Positions 19,501-34,500 of a stretch of DNA of 64,000 nucleotides are shown here, piece after piece. The notes under the pieces are model-generated. The model saw only the letters and a program-made list of their open reading frames with translations, was not told the origin of the DNA and made no database searches. Origin of the DNA: Auanema rhodensis (lineage: Eukaryota > Animalia > Nematoda); NCBI GenBank assembly GCA_964057225.1, contig OZ059899.1:2790001-2854000 (forward strand), written 5' to 3'. The stretch's first letter is position 1. Each line of letters opens with the position of its first letter. The position numbers were made by a program, and so were the translations under genes.

Positions 19501-22500
19501 ATCGTCTTTGCCTTGAAAAATGAAATCTAAAAACATCTACTTTTTGCTAAATTATTTTGAAATTTTTCGAAAAAATTTTTGTCAAAATGTTTTTGGAAGC
19601 AATGTTGAGTGTACATGGAAACTCAACATACACTAATGCATCATTTTTCAAACGATCATAACTAATTTTTGTATCAAGCGTTTCTCAATGTAGTATAGTG
19701 CATTCGATGCGGATTTTTAAGCTGCGTCGATCTGTGTTATCAGATTTGCGCTAGCTTAAAAATGCACCGAGATATCAACTGATATAAGTTCACACTTATA
19801 TCCTCGATTTTCACCCTGAAGAATTAATTTTTTCGTTGAATAACATTGTCCATCGTCTTTGCCTTGAAAAAAGGAATCTAAAAACATCTACTTTTTGCTA
19901 AATTATTTTGAAATTTTTCGAAAAAATTTTTGTCAAAATGTTTTTGGAAGCAATGTTGAGTGTACATGGAAACTCAACATACACTAATGCATCATTTTTC
20001 AAACGATCATAACTAATTTGTGTACTAAACGTTTCTCAATGTAGTATAGTGCATTCGATGCGGATTTTTAAGCTGCGTCGATCTGTGTTATCAGATTTGC
20101 GCTAGCTTGAAAATGCACCGAGATATCAACTGATATAAGTTCACACTTATATCCTCGATTTTCACCCTGAAGAATTAATTTTTTCGTTGAATAACATTGT
20201 CCATCGTCTTTGCCTTGAAAAAAGGAATCTAAAAACATCTACTTTTTGCTAAATTATTTTGAAATTTTTCGAAAAAATTTTTGTCAAAATGTTTTTGGAA
20301 GCAATGTTGAGTGTACATGGAAACTCAACATACACTAATGCATCATTTTTCAAACGATCATAACTAATTTTTGTATCAAGCGTTTCTCAATGTAGTATAG
20401 TGCATTCGATGCGGATTTTTACGCTGCGTCGATCTGTGTTATCAGATTTGCGCTAGCTTAAAAATGCACCGAGATATCAACTGATATAAGTTCACACTTA
20501 TATCCTCGATTTTCACCCTGAAGAATTGATTTTTTCGTTGAATAACATTGTCCATCGTCTTTGCCTTGAAAAAAGGAATCTAAAAACATCTACTTTTTGC
20601 TAAATTATTTTGAAATTTTTCGAAAAAAGTTTTGTCAAAATGTTTTTGGAAGCAATTTTGAGTGTACATGGAAACTCAACATACACTAATGAATCATTTT
20701 TCAAACGATCATAACTAATTTGTGTACTAAGCGTTTCTCAATGTAGTATAGTGCATTCGATGCGGATTTTTAAGCTGCGTCGATCTGTGTTATCAGATTT
20801 GCGCTAGCTTAAAGATGCACCGAGATATCAACTGATATAAGTTCACACTTATATCCTCGATTTTCACCCTGAAGAATTAATTTTTTCGTTGAATAACATT
20901 GTCTATCGTCTTTGCCTTGAAAAATGGAATCTAAAAACATCTACTTTTCGCTAAATTATTTTGAAATTTTTCGAAAAAATTTTTGTCAAAATGTTTTTGG
21001 AAGCAATGTTGAGTGTACATGGAAACTCAACATACACTAATGCATCATTTTTCAAACGATCATAACTAATTTGTGTACTAAGCGTTTCTCAATGTAGTAT
21101 AGTGCATTCGATGCGGATTTTTAAGCTGCGTCGATCTGTGTTATCAGATTTGCGCTAGCTTGAAAATGCACCGAGATATCAACTGATATAAGTTCACACT
21201 TATATCCTCGATTTTCACCCTGAAGAATTAATTTTTTCGTTGAATAACATTGTCTATCGTCTTTGCCTTGAAAAATGGAATCTAAAAACATCTACTTTTC
21301 GCTAAATTATTTTGAAATTTTTCGAAAAAATTTTTGTCAAAATGTTTTTGGAAGCAATGTTGAGTGTACATGGAAACTCAACATACACTAATGCATCATT
21401 TTTCAAACGATCATAACTAATTTGTGTACTAAGCGTTTCTCAATGTAGTATAGTGCATTCGATGCGGATTTTTAAGCTGCGTCGATCTGTGTTATCAGAT
21501 TTGCGCTAGCTTAAAAATGCACCGAGATATCAACTGATATAAGTTCACACTTATATCCTCGATTTTCACCCTGAAGAATTAATTTTTTCGTTGAATAACA
21601 TTGTCTATCGTCTTTGCCTTGAAAAATGGAATCTAAAAACATCTACTTTTTGCTAAATTATTTTGAAATTTTTCGAAAAAATTTTTGTCAAAATGTTTTT
21701 GGAAGCAATGTTGAGTGTACATGGAAACTCAACATACACTAATGCATCATTTTTCAAACGATCATAACTAATTTGTGTACTAAGCGTTTCTCAATGTAGT
21801 ATAGTGCATTCGATGCGGATTTTTAAGCTGCGTCGATCTGTGTTATCAGATTTGCGCTAGCTTAAAAATGCACCGAGATATCAACTGATATAAGTTCACA
21901 CTTATATCCTCGATTTTCACCCTGAAGAATTAATTTTTTCGTTGAATAACATTGTCCATCGTCTTTGCCTTGAAAAATGGAATCTAAAAACATCTACTTT
22001 TTGCTAAATTATTTTGAAATTTTTCGAAAAAATTTTTGTCAAAATGTTTTTGGAAGCAATGTTGAGTGTACATGGAAACTCAACATACACTAATGCATCA
22101 TTTTTCAAACGATCATAACTAATTTTTGTATTAAGCGTTTCTCAATGTAGTATAGTGCACTCGATGCGGATTTTTAAGCTGCGTCGATCTGTGTTCTCAG
22201 ATTTGCGCTAGCTTAAAAATGCACCGAGATATCAACTGATATAAGTTCACACTTATATCCTCGATTTTCACCCTGAAGAATTAATTTTTTCGTTGAATAA
22301 CATTGTCCATCGTCTTTGCCTTGAAAAATGGAATCTAAAAACATCTACTTTTTGCTAAATTATTTTGAAATTTTTCGAAAAAATTTTTGTCAAAATGTTT
22401 TTGGAAGCAATGTTGAGTGTACATGGAAACTCAACATACACTAATGCATCATTTTTCAAACGATCATAACTAATTTTTGTATCAAGCGTTTCTCAATGTA

Positions 22501-25500
22501 GTATAGTGCATTCGATGCGGATTTTTAAGCTGCGTCGATCTGTGTTATCAGATTTGCGCTAGCTTGAAAATGCACCGAGATATCAACTGATATAAGTTCA
22601 CACTTATATCCTCGATTTTCACCCTGAAGAATTAATTTTTTCGTTGAATAACATTGTCCATCGTCTTTGCCTTGAAAAAAGGAATCTAAAAACATCTACT
22701 TTTTGCTAAATTATTTTGAAATTTTTCGAAAAAATTTTTGTCAAAATGTTTTTGGAAGCAATGTTGAGTGTACATGGAAACTCAACATACACTAATGCAT
22801 CATTTTTCAAACGATCATAACTAATTTGTGTACTAAGCGTTTCTCAATGTAGTATAGTGCATTCGATGCGGATTTTTAAGCTGCGTCGATCTGTGTTATC
22901 AGATTTGCGCTAGCTTAAAAATGCACCGAGATATCAACTGATATAAGTTCACACTTATATCCTCGATTTTCACCCTGAAGAATTAATTTTTTCGTTGAAT
23001 AACATTGTCCATCGTCTTTGCCTTGAAAAATGGAATCTAAAAACATCTACTTTTTGCTAAATTATTTTGAAATTTTTCGAAAAAATTTTTGTCAAAATGT
23101 TTTTGGAAGCAATGTTGAGTGTACATGGAAACTCAACATACACTAATGCATCATTTTTCAAACGATCATAACTAATTTTTGTATTAAGCGTTTCTCAATG
23201 TAGTATAGTGCACTCGATGCGGATTTTTAAGCTGCGTCGATCTGTGTTCTCAGATTTGCGCTAGCTTAAAAATGCACCGAGATATCAACTGATATAAGTT
23301 CACACTTATATCCTCGATTTTCACCCTGAAGAATTAATTTTTTCGTTGAATAACATTGTCCATCGTCTTTGCCTTGAAAAATGGAATCTAAAAACATCTA
23401 CTTTTTGCTAAATTATTTTGAAATTTTTCGAAAAAATTTTTGTCAAAATGTTTTTGGAAGCAATGTTGAGTGTACATGGAAACTCAACATACACTAATGC
23501 ATCATTTTTCAAACGATCATAACTAATTTTTGTATCAAGCGTTTCTCAATGTAGTATAGTGCATTCGATGCGGATTTTTAAGCTGCGTCGATCTGTGTTA
23601 TCAGATTTGCGCTAGCTTGAAAATGCACCGAGATATCAACTGATATAAGTTCACACTTATATCCTCGATTTTCACCCTGAAGAATTAATTTTTTCGTTGA
23701 ATAACATTGTCCATCGTCTTTGCCTTGAAAAAAGGAATCTAAAAACATCTACTTTTTGCTAAATTATTTTGAAATTTTTCGAAAAAATTTTTGTCAAAAT
23801 GTTTTTGGAAGCAATGTTGAGTGTACATGGAAACTCAACATACACTAATGCATCATTTTTCAAACGATCATAACTAATTTTTGTATCAAGCGTTTCTCAA
23901 TGTAGTATAGTGCATTCGATGCGGATTTTTAAGCTGCGTCGATCTGTGTTATCAGATTTGCGCTAGCTTGAAAATGCACCGAGATATCAACTGATATAAG
24001 TTCACACTTATATCCTCGATTTTCACCCTGAAGAATTAATTTTTTCGTTGAATAACATTGTCCATCGTCTTTGCCTTGAAAAAAGGAATCTAAAACCATC
24101 TACTTTTTGCTAAATTATTTTGAAATTTTTCGAAAAAATTTTTGTCAAAATGTTTTTGGAAGCAATGTTGAGTGTACATGGAAACTCAACATACACTAAT
24201 GCATCATTTTTCAAATGATCATAACTAATTTGTGTACTAAGCGTTTCTCAATGTAGTATAGTGCATTCGATGCGGATTTTTAAGTTGCGTCGATCTGTGT
24301 TATCAGATTTGCGCTAGCTTAAAAATGCACCGAGATATCAACTGATATAAGTTCACACTTATATCCTCGATTTTCACCCTGAAGAATTAATTTTTTCGTT
24401 GAATAACATTGTCCATCGTCTTTGCCTTGAAAAAAGGAATCTAAAAACATCTACTTTTTGCTAAATTATTTTGAAATTTTTCGAAAAAATTTTTGTCAAA
24501 ATGTTTTTGGAAGCAATGTTGAGTGTACATGGAAACTCAACATACACTAATGCATCATTTTTCAAACGATCATAACTAATTTTTGTATCAAGCGTTTCTC
24601 AATGTAGTATAGTGCATTCGATGCGGATTTTTAAGCTGCGTCGATCTGTGTTATCAGATTTGCGCTAGCTTAAAAATGCACCGAGATATCAACTGATATA
24701 AGTTCACACTTATATCCTCGATTTTCACCCTGAAGAATTGATTTTTTCGTTGAATAACATTGTCCATCGTCTTTGCCTTGAAAAAAGGAATCTAAAAACA
24801 TCTACTTTTTGCTAAATTATTTTGAAATTTTTCGAAAAAATTTTTGTCAAAATGTTTTTGGAAGCAATGTTGAGTGTACATGGAAACTCAACATACACTA
24901 ATGCATCATTTTTCAAACGATCATAACTAATTTTTGTATCAAGCGTTTCTCAATGTAGTATAGTGCATTCGATGCGGATTTTTAAGCTGCGTCGATCTGT
25001 GTTATCAGATTTGCGCTAGCTTGAAAATGCACCGAGATATCAACTGATATAAGTTCACACTTATATCCTCGATTTTCACCCTGAAGAATTAATTTTTTCG
25101 TTGAATAACATTGTCCATCGTCTTTGCCTTGAAAAAAGGAATCTAAAAACATCTACTTTTTGCTAAATTATTTTGAAATTTTTCGAAAAAATTTTTGTCA
25201 AAATGTTTTTGGAAGCAATGTTGAGTGTACATGGAAACTCAACATACACTAATGCATCATTTTTCAAACGATCATAACTAATTTGTGTACTAAGCGTTTC
25301 TCAATGTAGTATAGTGCATTCGATGCGGATTTTTAAGCTGCGTCGATCTGTGTTATCAGATTTGCGCTAGCTTGAAAATGCACCGAGATATCAACTGATA
25401 TAAGTTCACACTTATATCCTCGATTTTCACCCTGAAGAATTAATTTTTTCGTTGAATAACATTGTCCATCGTCTTTGCCTTGAAAAAAGGAATCTAAAAA

Positions 25501-28500
25501 CATCTACTTTTTGCTAAATTATTTTGAAATTTTTCGAAAAAATTTTTGTCAAAATGTTTTTGGAAGCAATGTTGAGTGTACATGGAAACTCAACATACAC
25601 TAATGCATCATTTATCAAACGATCATAACTAATTTTTGTATCAAGCGTTTCTCAATGTAGTATAGTGCATTCGATGCGGATTTGTAAGCTGCGTCGATCT
25701 GTGTTATCAGATTTGCGCTAGCTTAAAAATGCACCGAGATATCAACTGATATAAGTTCACACTTATATCCTCGATTTTCACCCTGAAGAATTGATTTTTT
25801 CGTTGAATAACATTGTCCATCGTCTTTGCCTTGAAAAATGGAATCTAAAAACATCTACTTTTTGCTAAATTATTTTGAAATTTTTCGAAAAAATTTTTGT
25901 CAAAATGTTTTTGGAAGCAATGTTGAGTGTACATGGAAACTCAACATACACTAATGCATCATTTTTCAAACGATCATAACTAATTTGTGTACTAAGCGTT
26001 TCTCAATGTAGTATAGTGCATTCGATGCGGATTTTTAAGCTGCGTCGATCTGTGTTATCAGATTTGCGCTAGCTTAAAAATGCACCGAGATATCAACTGA
26101 TATAAGTTCACACTTATATCCTCGATTTTCACCCTGAAGAATTAATTTTTTCGTTGAATAACATTGTCTATCGTCTTTGCCTTGAAAAATGGAATCTAAA
26201 AACATCTACTTTTTGCTAAATTATTTTGAAATTTTTCGAAAAAATTTTTGTCAAAATGTTTTTGGAAGCAATGTTGAGTGTACATGGAAACTCAACATAC
26301 ACTAATGCATCATTTTTCAAACGATCATAACTAATTTGTGTACTAAGCGTTTCTCAATGTAGTATAGTGCATTCGATGCGGATTTTTAAGCTGCGTCGAT
26401 CTGTGTTATCAGATTTGCGCTAGCTTAAAAATGCACCGAGATATCAACTGATATAAGTTCACACTTATATCCTCGATTTTCACCCTGAAGAATTAATTTT
26501 TTCGTTGAATAACATTGTCCATCGTCTTTGCCTTGAAAAATGGAATCTAAAAACATCTACTTTTTGCTAAATTATTTTGAAATTTTTCGAAAAAATTTTT
26601 GTCAAAATGTTTTTGGAAGCAATGTTGAGTGTACATGGAAACTCAACATACACTAATGCATCATTTTTCAAACGATCATAACTAATTTTTGTATTAAGCG
26701 TTTCTCAATGTAGTATAGTGCACTCGATGCGGATTTTTAAGCTGCGTCGATCTGTGTTCTCAGATTTGCGCTAGCTTAAAAATGCACCGAGATATCAACT
26801 GATATAAGTTCACACTTATATCCTCGATTTTCACCCTGAAGAATTAATTTTTTCGTTGAATAACATTGTCCATCGTCTTTGCCTTGAAAAATGGAATCTA
26901 AAAACATCTACTTTTTGCTAAATTATTTTGAAATTTTTCGAAAAAATTTTTGTCAAAATGTTTTTGGAAGCAATGTTAAGTGTACATGGAAACTCAACAT
27001 ACACTAATGCATCATTTTTCAAACGATCATAACTAATTTTTGTATCAAGCGTTTCTCAATGTAGTATAGTGCATTCGATGCGGATTTTTAAGCTGCGTCG
27101 ATCTGTGTTATCAGATTTGCGCTAGCTTGAAAATGCACCGAGATATCAACTGATATAAGTTCACACTTATATCCTCGATTTTCACCCTGAAGAATTAATT
27201 TTTTCGTTGAATAACATTGTCCATCGTCTTTGCCTTGAAAAAAGGAATCTAAAAACATCTACTTTTTGCTAAATTATTTTGAAATTTTTCGAAAAAATTT
27301 TTGTCAAAATGTTTTTGGAAGCAATGTTGAGTGTACATGGAAACTCAACATACACTAATGCATCATTTATCAAACGATCATAACTAATTTTTGTATCAAG
27401 CGTTTCTCAATGTAGTATAGTGCATTCGATGCGGATTTTTAAGCTGCGTCGATCTGTGTTATCAGATTTGCGCTAGCTTAAAAATGCACCGAGATATCAA
27501 CTGATATAAGTTCACACTTATATCCTCGATTTTCACCCTGAAGAATTGATTTTTTCGTTGAATAACATTGTCCATCGTCTTTGCCTTGAAAAAAGGAATC
27601 TAAAAACATCTACTTTTTGCTAAATTATTTTGAAATTTTTCGAAAAAATTTTTGTCAAAATGTTTTTGGAAGCAATGTTGAGTGTACATGGAAACTCAAC
27701 ATACACTAATGCAACATTTTTCAAACGATCATAACTAATTTGTGTACTAAGCGTTTCTTAATGTAGTATAGTGCATTCGATGCGGATTTTTAAGCTGCGT
27801 CGATCTGTGTTATCAGATTTGCGCTAGCTTAAAAATGCACCGAGATATCAACTGATATAAGTTCACACTTATATCCTCGATTTTCACCCTGAAGAATTAA
27901 TTTTTTCGTTGAATAACATTGTCTATCGTCTTTGCCTTGAAAAATGGAATCTAAAAACATCTACTTTTCGCTAAATTATTTTGAAATTTTTCGAAAAAAT
28001 TTTTGTCAAAATGTTTTTGGAAGCAATGTTGAGTGTACATGGAAACTCAACATACACTAATGCATCATTTTTCAAACGATCATAACTAATTTGTGTACTA
28101 AGCGTTTCTCAATGTAGTATAGTGCATTCGATGCGGATTTTTAAGCTGCGTCGATCTGTGTTATCAGATTTGCGCTAGCTTAAAAATGCACCGAGATATC
28201 AACTGATATAAGTTCACACTTATATCCTCGATTTTCACCCTGAAGAATTAATTTTTTCGTTGAATAACATTGTCTATCGTCTTTGCCTTGAAAAATGGAA
28301 TCTAAAAACATCTACTTTTTGCTAAATTATTTTGAAATTTTTCGAAAAAATTTTTGTCAAAATGTTTTTGGAAGCAATGTTGAGTGTACATGGAAACTCA
28401 ACATACACTAATGCATCATTTTTCAAACGATCATAACTAATTTGTGTACTAAGCGTTTCTCAATGTAGTATAGTGCATTCGATGCGGATTTTTAAGCTGC

Positions 28501-31500
28501 GTCGATCTGTGTTATCAGATTTGCGCTAGCTTAAAAATGCACCGAGATATCAACTGATATAAGTTCACACTTATATCCTCGATTTTCACCCTGAAGAATT
28601 AATTTTTTCGTTGAATAACATTGTCCATCGTCTTTGCCTTGAAAAATGGAATCTAAAAACATCTACTTTTTGCTAAATTATTTTGAAATTTTTCGAAAAA
28701 ATTTTTGTCAAAATGTTTTTGGAAGCAATGTTGAGTGTACATGGAAACTCAACATACACTAATGCATCATTTTTCAAACGATCATAACTAATTTTTGTAT
28801 TAAGCGTTTCTCAATGTAGTATAGTGCACTCGATGCGGATTTTTAAGCTGCGTCGATCTGTGTTCTCAGATTTGCGCTAGCTTAAAAATGCACCGAGATA
28901 TCAACTGATATAAGTTCACACTTATATCCTCGATTTTCACCCTGAAGAATTAATTTTTTCGTTGAATAACATTGTCCATCGTCTTTGCCTTGAAAAAAGG
29001 AATCTAAAACCATCTACTTTTTGCTAAATTATTTTGAAATTTTTCGAAAAAATTTTTGTCAAAATGTTTTTGGAAGCAATGTTGAGTGTACATGGAAACT
29101 CAACATACACTAATGCATCATTTTTCAAATGATCATAACTAATTTGTGTACTAAGCGTTTCTCAATGTAGTATAGTGCATTCGATGCGGATTTTTAAGTT
29201 GCGTCGATCTGTGTTATCAGATTTGCGCTAGCTTAAAAATGCACCGAGATATCAACTGATATAAGTTCACACTTATATCCTCGATTTTCACCCTGAAGAA
29301 TTAATTTTTTCGTTGAATAACATTGTCCATCGTCTTTGCCTTGAAAAAAGGAATCTAAAAACATCTACTTTTTGCTAAATTATTTTGAAATTTTTCGAAA
29401 AAATTTTTGTCAAAATGTTTTTGGAAGCAATGTTGAGTGTACATGGAAACTCAACATACACTAATGCATCATTTTTCAAACGATCATAACTAATTTTTGT
29501 ATCAAGCGTTTCTCAATGTAGTATAGTGCATTCGATGCGGATTTTTAAGCTGCGTCGATCTGTGTTATCAGATTTGCGCTAGCTTGAAAATGCACCGAGA
29601 TATCAACTGATATAAGTTCACACTTATATCCTCGATTTTCACCCTGAAGAATTAATTTTTTCGTTGAATAACATTGTCCATCGTCTTTGCCTTGAAAAAA
29701 GGAATCTAAAAACATCTACTTTTTGCTAAATTATTTTGAAATTTTTCGAAAAAATTTTTGTCAAAATGTTTTTGGAAGCAATGTTGAGTGTACATGGAAA
29801 CTCAACATACACTAATGCATCATTTTTCAAACGATCATAACTAATTTGTGTACTAAGCGTTTCTCAATGTAGTATAGTGCATTCGATGCGGATTTTTAAG
29901 CTGCGTCGATCTGTGTTATCAGATTTGCGCTAGCTTGAAAATGCACCGAGATATCAACTGATATAAGTTCACACTTATATCCTCGATTTTCACCCTGAAG
30001 AATTAATTTTTTCGTTGAATAACATTGTCCATCGTCTTTGCCTTGAAAAAAGGAATCTAAAAACATCTACTTTTTGCTAAATTATTTTGAAATTTTTCGA
30101 AAAAATTTTTGTCAAAATGTTTTTGGAAGCAATGTTGAGTGTACATGGAAACTCAACATACACTAATGCATCATTTATCAAACGATCATAACTAATTTTT
30201 GTATCAAGCGTTTCTCAATGTAGTATAGTGCATTCGATGCGGATTTGTAAGCTGCGTCGATCTGTGTTATCAGATTTGCGCTAGCTTAAAAATGCACCGA
30301 GATATCAACTGATATAAGTTCACACTTATATCCTCGATTTTCACCCTGAAGAATTGATTTTTTCGTTGAATAACATTGTCCATCGTCTTTGCCTTGAAAA
30401 ATGGAATCTAAAAACATCTACTTTTTGCTAAATTATTTTGAAATTTTTCGAAAAAATTTTTGTCAAAATGTTTTTGGAAGCAATGTTGAGTGTACATGGA
30501 AACTCAACATACACTAATGCATCATTTTTCAAACGATCATAACTAATTTGTGTACTAAGCGTTTCTCAATGTAGTATAGTGCATTCGATGCGGATTTTTA
30601 AGCTGCGTCGATCTGTGTTATCAGATTTGCGCTAGCTTAAAAATGCACCGAGATATCAACTGATATAAGTTCACACTTATATCCTCGATTTTCACCCTGA
30701 AGAATTAATTTTTTCGTTGAATAACATTGTCTATCGTCTTTGCCTTGAAAAATGGAATCTAAAAACATCTACTTTTTGCTAAATTATTTTGAAATTTTTC
30801 GAAAAAATTTTTGTCAAAATGTTTTTGGAAGCAATGTTGAGTGTACATGGAAACTCAACATACACTAATGCATCATTTTTCAAACGATCATAACTAATTT
30901 GTGTACTAAGCGTTTCTCAATGTAGTATAGTGCATTCGATGCGGATTTTTAAGCTGCGTCGATCTGTGTTATCAGATTTGCGCTAGCTTAAAAATGCACC
31001 GAGATATCAACTGATATAAGTTCACACTTATATCCTCGATTTTCACCCTGAAGAATTAATTTTTTCGTTGAATAACATTGTCCATCGTCTTTGCCTTGAA
31101 AAATGGAATCTAAAAACATCTACTTTTTGCTAAATTATTTTGAAATTTTTCGAAAAAATTTTTGTCAAAATGTTTTTGGAAGCAATGTTGAGTGTACATG
31201 GAAACTCAACATACACTAATGCATCATTTTTCAAACGATCATAACTAATTTTTGTATTAAGCGTTTCTCAATGTAGTATAGTGCACTCGATGCGGATTTT
31301 TAAGCTGCGTCGATCTGTGTTCTCAGATTTGCGCTAGCTTAAAAATGCACCGAGATATCAACTGATATAAGTTCACACTTATATCCTCGATTTTCACCCT
31401 GAAGAATTGATTTTTTCGTTGAATAACATTGTCCATCGTCTTTGCCTTGAAAAAAGGAATCTAAAAACATCTACTTTTTGCTAAATTATTTTGAAATTTT

Positions 31501-34500
31501 TCGAAAAAATTTTTGTCAAAATGTTTTTGGAAGCAATGTTGAGTGTACATGGAAACTCAACATACACTAATGCATCATTTTTCAAACGATCATAACTAAT
31601 TTTTGTATCAAGCGTTTCTCAATGTAGTATAGTGCATTCGATGCGGATTTTTAAGCTGCGTCGATCTGTGTTATCAGATTTGCGCTAGCTTGAAAATGCA
31701 CCGAGATATCAACTGATATAAGTTCACACTTATATCCTCGATTTTCACCCTGAAGAATTAATTTTTTCGTTGAATAACATTGTCCATCGTCTTTGCCTTG
31801 AAAAAAGGAATCTAAAAACATCTACTTTTTGCTAAATTATTTTGAAATTTTTCGAAAAAATTTTTGTCAAAATGTTTTTGGAAGCAATGTTGAGTGTACA
31901 TGGAAACTCAACATACACTAATGCATCATTTTTCAAACGATCATAACTAATTTGTGTACTAAGCGTTTCTCAATGTAGTATAGTGCATTCGATGCGGATT
32001 TTTAAGCTGCGTCGATCTGTGTTATCAGATTTGCGCTAGCTTGAAAATGCACCGAGATATCAACTGATATAAGTTCACACTTATATCCTCGATTTTCACC
32101 CTGAAGAATTAATTTTTTCGTTGAATAACATTGTCCATCGTCTTTGCCTTGAAAAAAGGAATCTAAAAACATCTACTTTTTGCTAAATTATTTTGAAATT
32201 TTTCGAAAAAATTTTTGTCAAAATGTTTTTGGAAGCAATGTTGAGTGTACATGGAAACTCAACATACACTAATGCATCATTTATCAAACGATCATAACTA
32301 ATTTTTGTATCAAGCGTTTCTCAATGTAGTATAGTGCATTCGATGCGGATTTGTAAGCTGCGTCGATCTGTGTTATCAGATTTGCGCTAGCTTAAAAATG
32401 CACCGAGATATCAACTGATATAAGTTCACACTTATATCCTCGATTTTCACCCTGAAGAATTGATTTTTTCGTTGAATAACATTGTCCATCGTCTTTGCCT
32501 TGAAAAATGGAATCTAAAAACATCTACTTTTTGCTAAATTATTTTGAAATTTTTCGAAAAAATTTTTGTCAAAATGTTTTTGGAAGCAATGTTGAGTGTA
32601 CATGGAAACTCAACATACACTAATGCATCATTTTTCAAACGATCATAACTAATTTGTGTACTAAGCGTTTCTCAATGTAGTATAGTGCATTCGATGCGGA
32701 TTTTTAAGCTGCGTCGATCTGTGTTATCAGATTTGCGCTAGCTTAAAAATGCACCGAGATATCAACTGATATAAGTTCACACTTATATCCTCGATTTTCA
32801 CCCTGAAGAATTAATTTTTTCGTTGAATAACATTGTCTATCGTCTTTGCCTTGAAAAATGGAATCTAAAAACATCTACTTTTTGCTAAATTATTTTGAAA
32901 TTTTTCGAAAAAATTTTTGTCAAAATGTTTTTGGAAGCAATGTTGAGTGTACATGGAAACTCAACATACACTAATGCATCATTTTTCAAACGATCATAAC
33001 TAATTTGTGTACTAAGCGTTTCTCAATGTAGTATAGTGCATTCGATGCGGATTTTTAAGCTGCGTCGATCTGTGTTATCAGATTTGCGCTAGCTTAAAAA
33101 TGCACCGAGATATCAACTGATATAAGTTCACACTTATATCCTCGATTTTCACCCTGAAGAATTAATTTTTTCGTTGAATAACATTGTCCATCGTCTTTGC
33201 CTTGAAAAATGGAATCTAAAAACATCTACTTTTTGCTAAATTATTTTGAAATTTTTCGAAAAAATTTTTGTCAAAATGTTTTTGGAAGCAATGTTGAGTG
33301 TACATGGAAACTCAACATACACTAATGCATCATTTTTCAAACGATCATAACTAATTTTTGTATTAAGCGTTTCTCAATGTAGTATAGTGCACTCGATGCG
33401 GATTTTTAAGCTGCGTCGATCTGTGTTCTCAGATTTGCGCTAGCTTAAAAATGCACCGAGATATCAACTGATATAAGTTCACACTTATATCCTCGATTTT
33501 CACCCTGAAGAATTAATTTTTTCGTTGAATAACATTGTCCATCGTCTTTGCCTTGAAAAATGGAATCTAAAAACATCTACTTTTTGCTAAATTATTTTGA
33601 AATTTTTCGAAAAAATTTTTGTCAAAATGTTTTTGGAAGCAATGTTAAGTGTACATGGAAACTCAACATACACTAATGCATCATTTTTCAAACGATCATA
33701 ACTAATTTTTGTATCAAGCGTTTCTCAATGTAGTATAGTGCATTCGATGCGGATTTTTAAGCTGCGTCGATCTGTGTTATCAGATTTGCGCTAGCTTGAA
33801 AATGCACCGAGATATCAACTGATATAAGTTCACACTTATATCCTCGATTTTCACCCTGAAGAATTAATTTTTTCGTTGAATAACATTGTCCATCGTCTTT
33901 GCCTTGAAAAAAGGAATCTAAAAACATCTACTTTTTGCTAAATTATTTTGAAATTTTTCGAAAAAATTTTTGTCAAAATGTTTTTGGAAGCAATGTTAAG
34001 TGTACATGGAAACTCAACATACACTAATGCATCATTTTTCAAACGATCATAACTAATTTTTGTATCAAGCGTTTCTCAATGTAGTATAGTGCATTCGATG
34101 CGGATTTTTAAGCTGCGTCGATCTGTGTTATCAGATTTGCGCTAGCTTGAAAATGCACCGAGATATCAACTGATATAAGTTCACACTTATATCCTCGATT
34201 TTCACCCTGAAGAATTAATTTTTTCGTTGAATAACATTGTCCATCGTCTTTGCCTTGAAAAAAGGAATCTAAAAACATCTACTTTTTGCTAAATTATTTT
34301 GAAATTTTTCGAAAAAATTTTTGTCAAAATGTTTTTGGAAGCAATGTTGAGTGTACATGGAAACTCAACATACACTAATGCATCATTTATCAAACGATCA
34401 TAACTAATTTTTGTATCAAGCGTTTCTCAATGTAGTATAGTGCATTCGATGCGGATTTTTAAGCTGCGTCGATCTGTGTTATCAGATTTGCGCTAGCTTA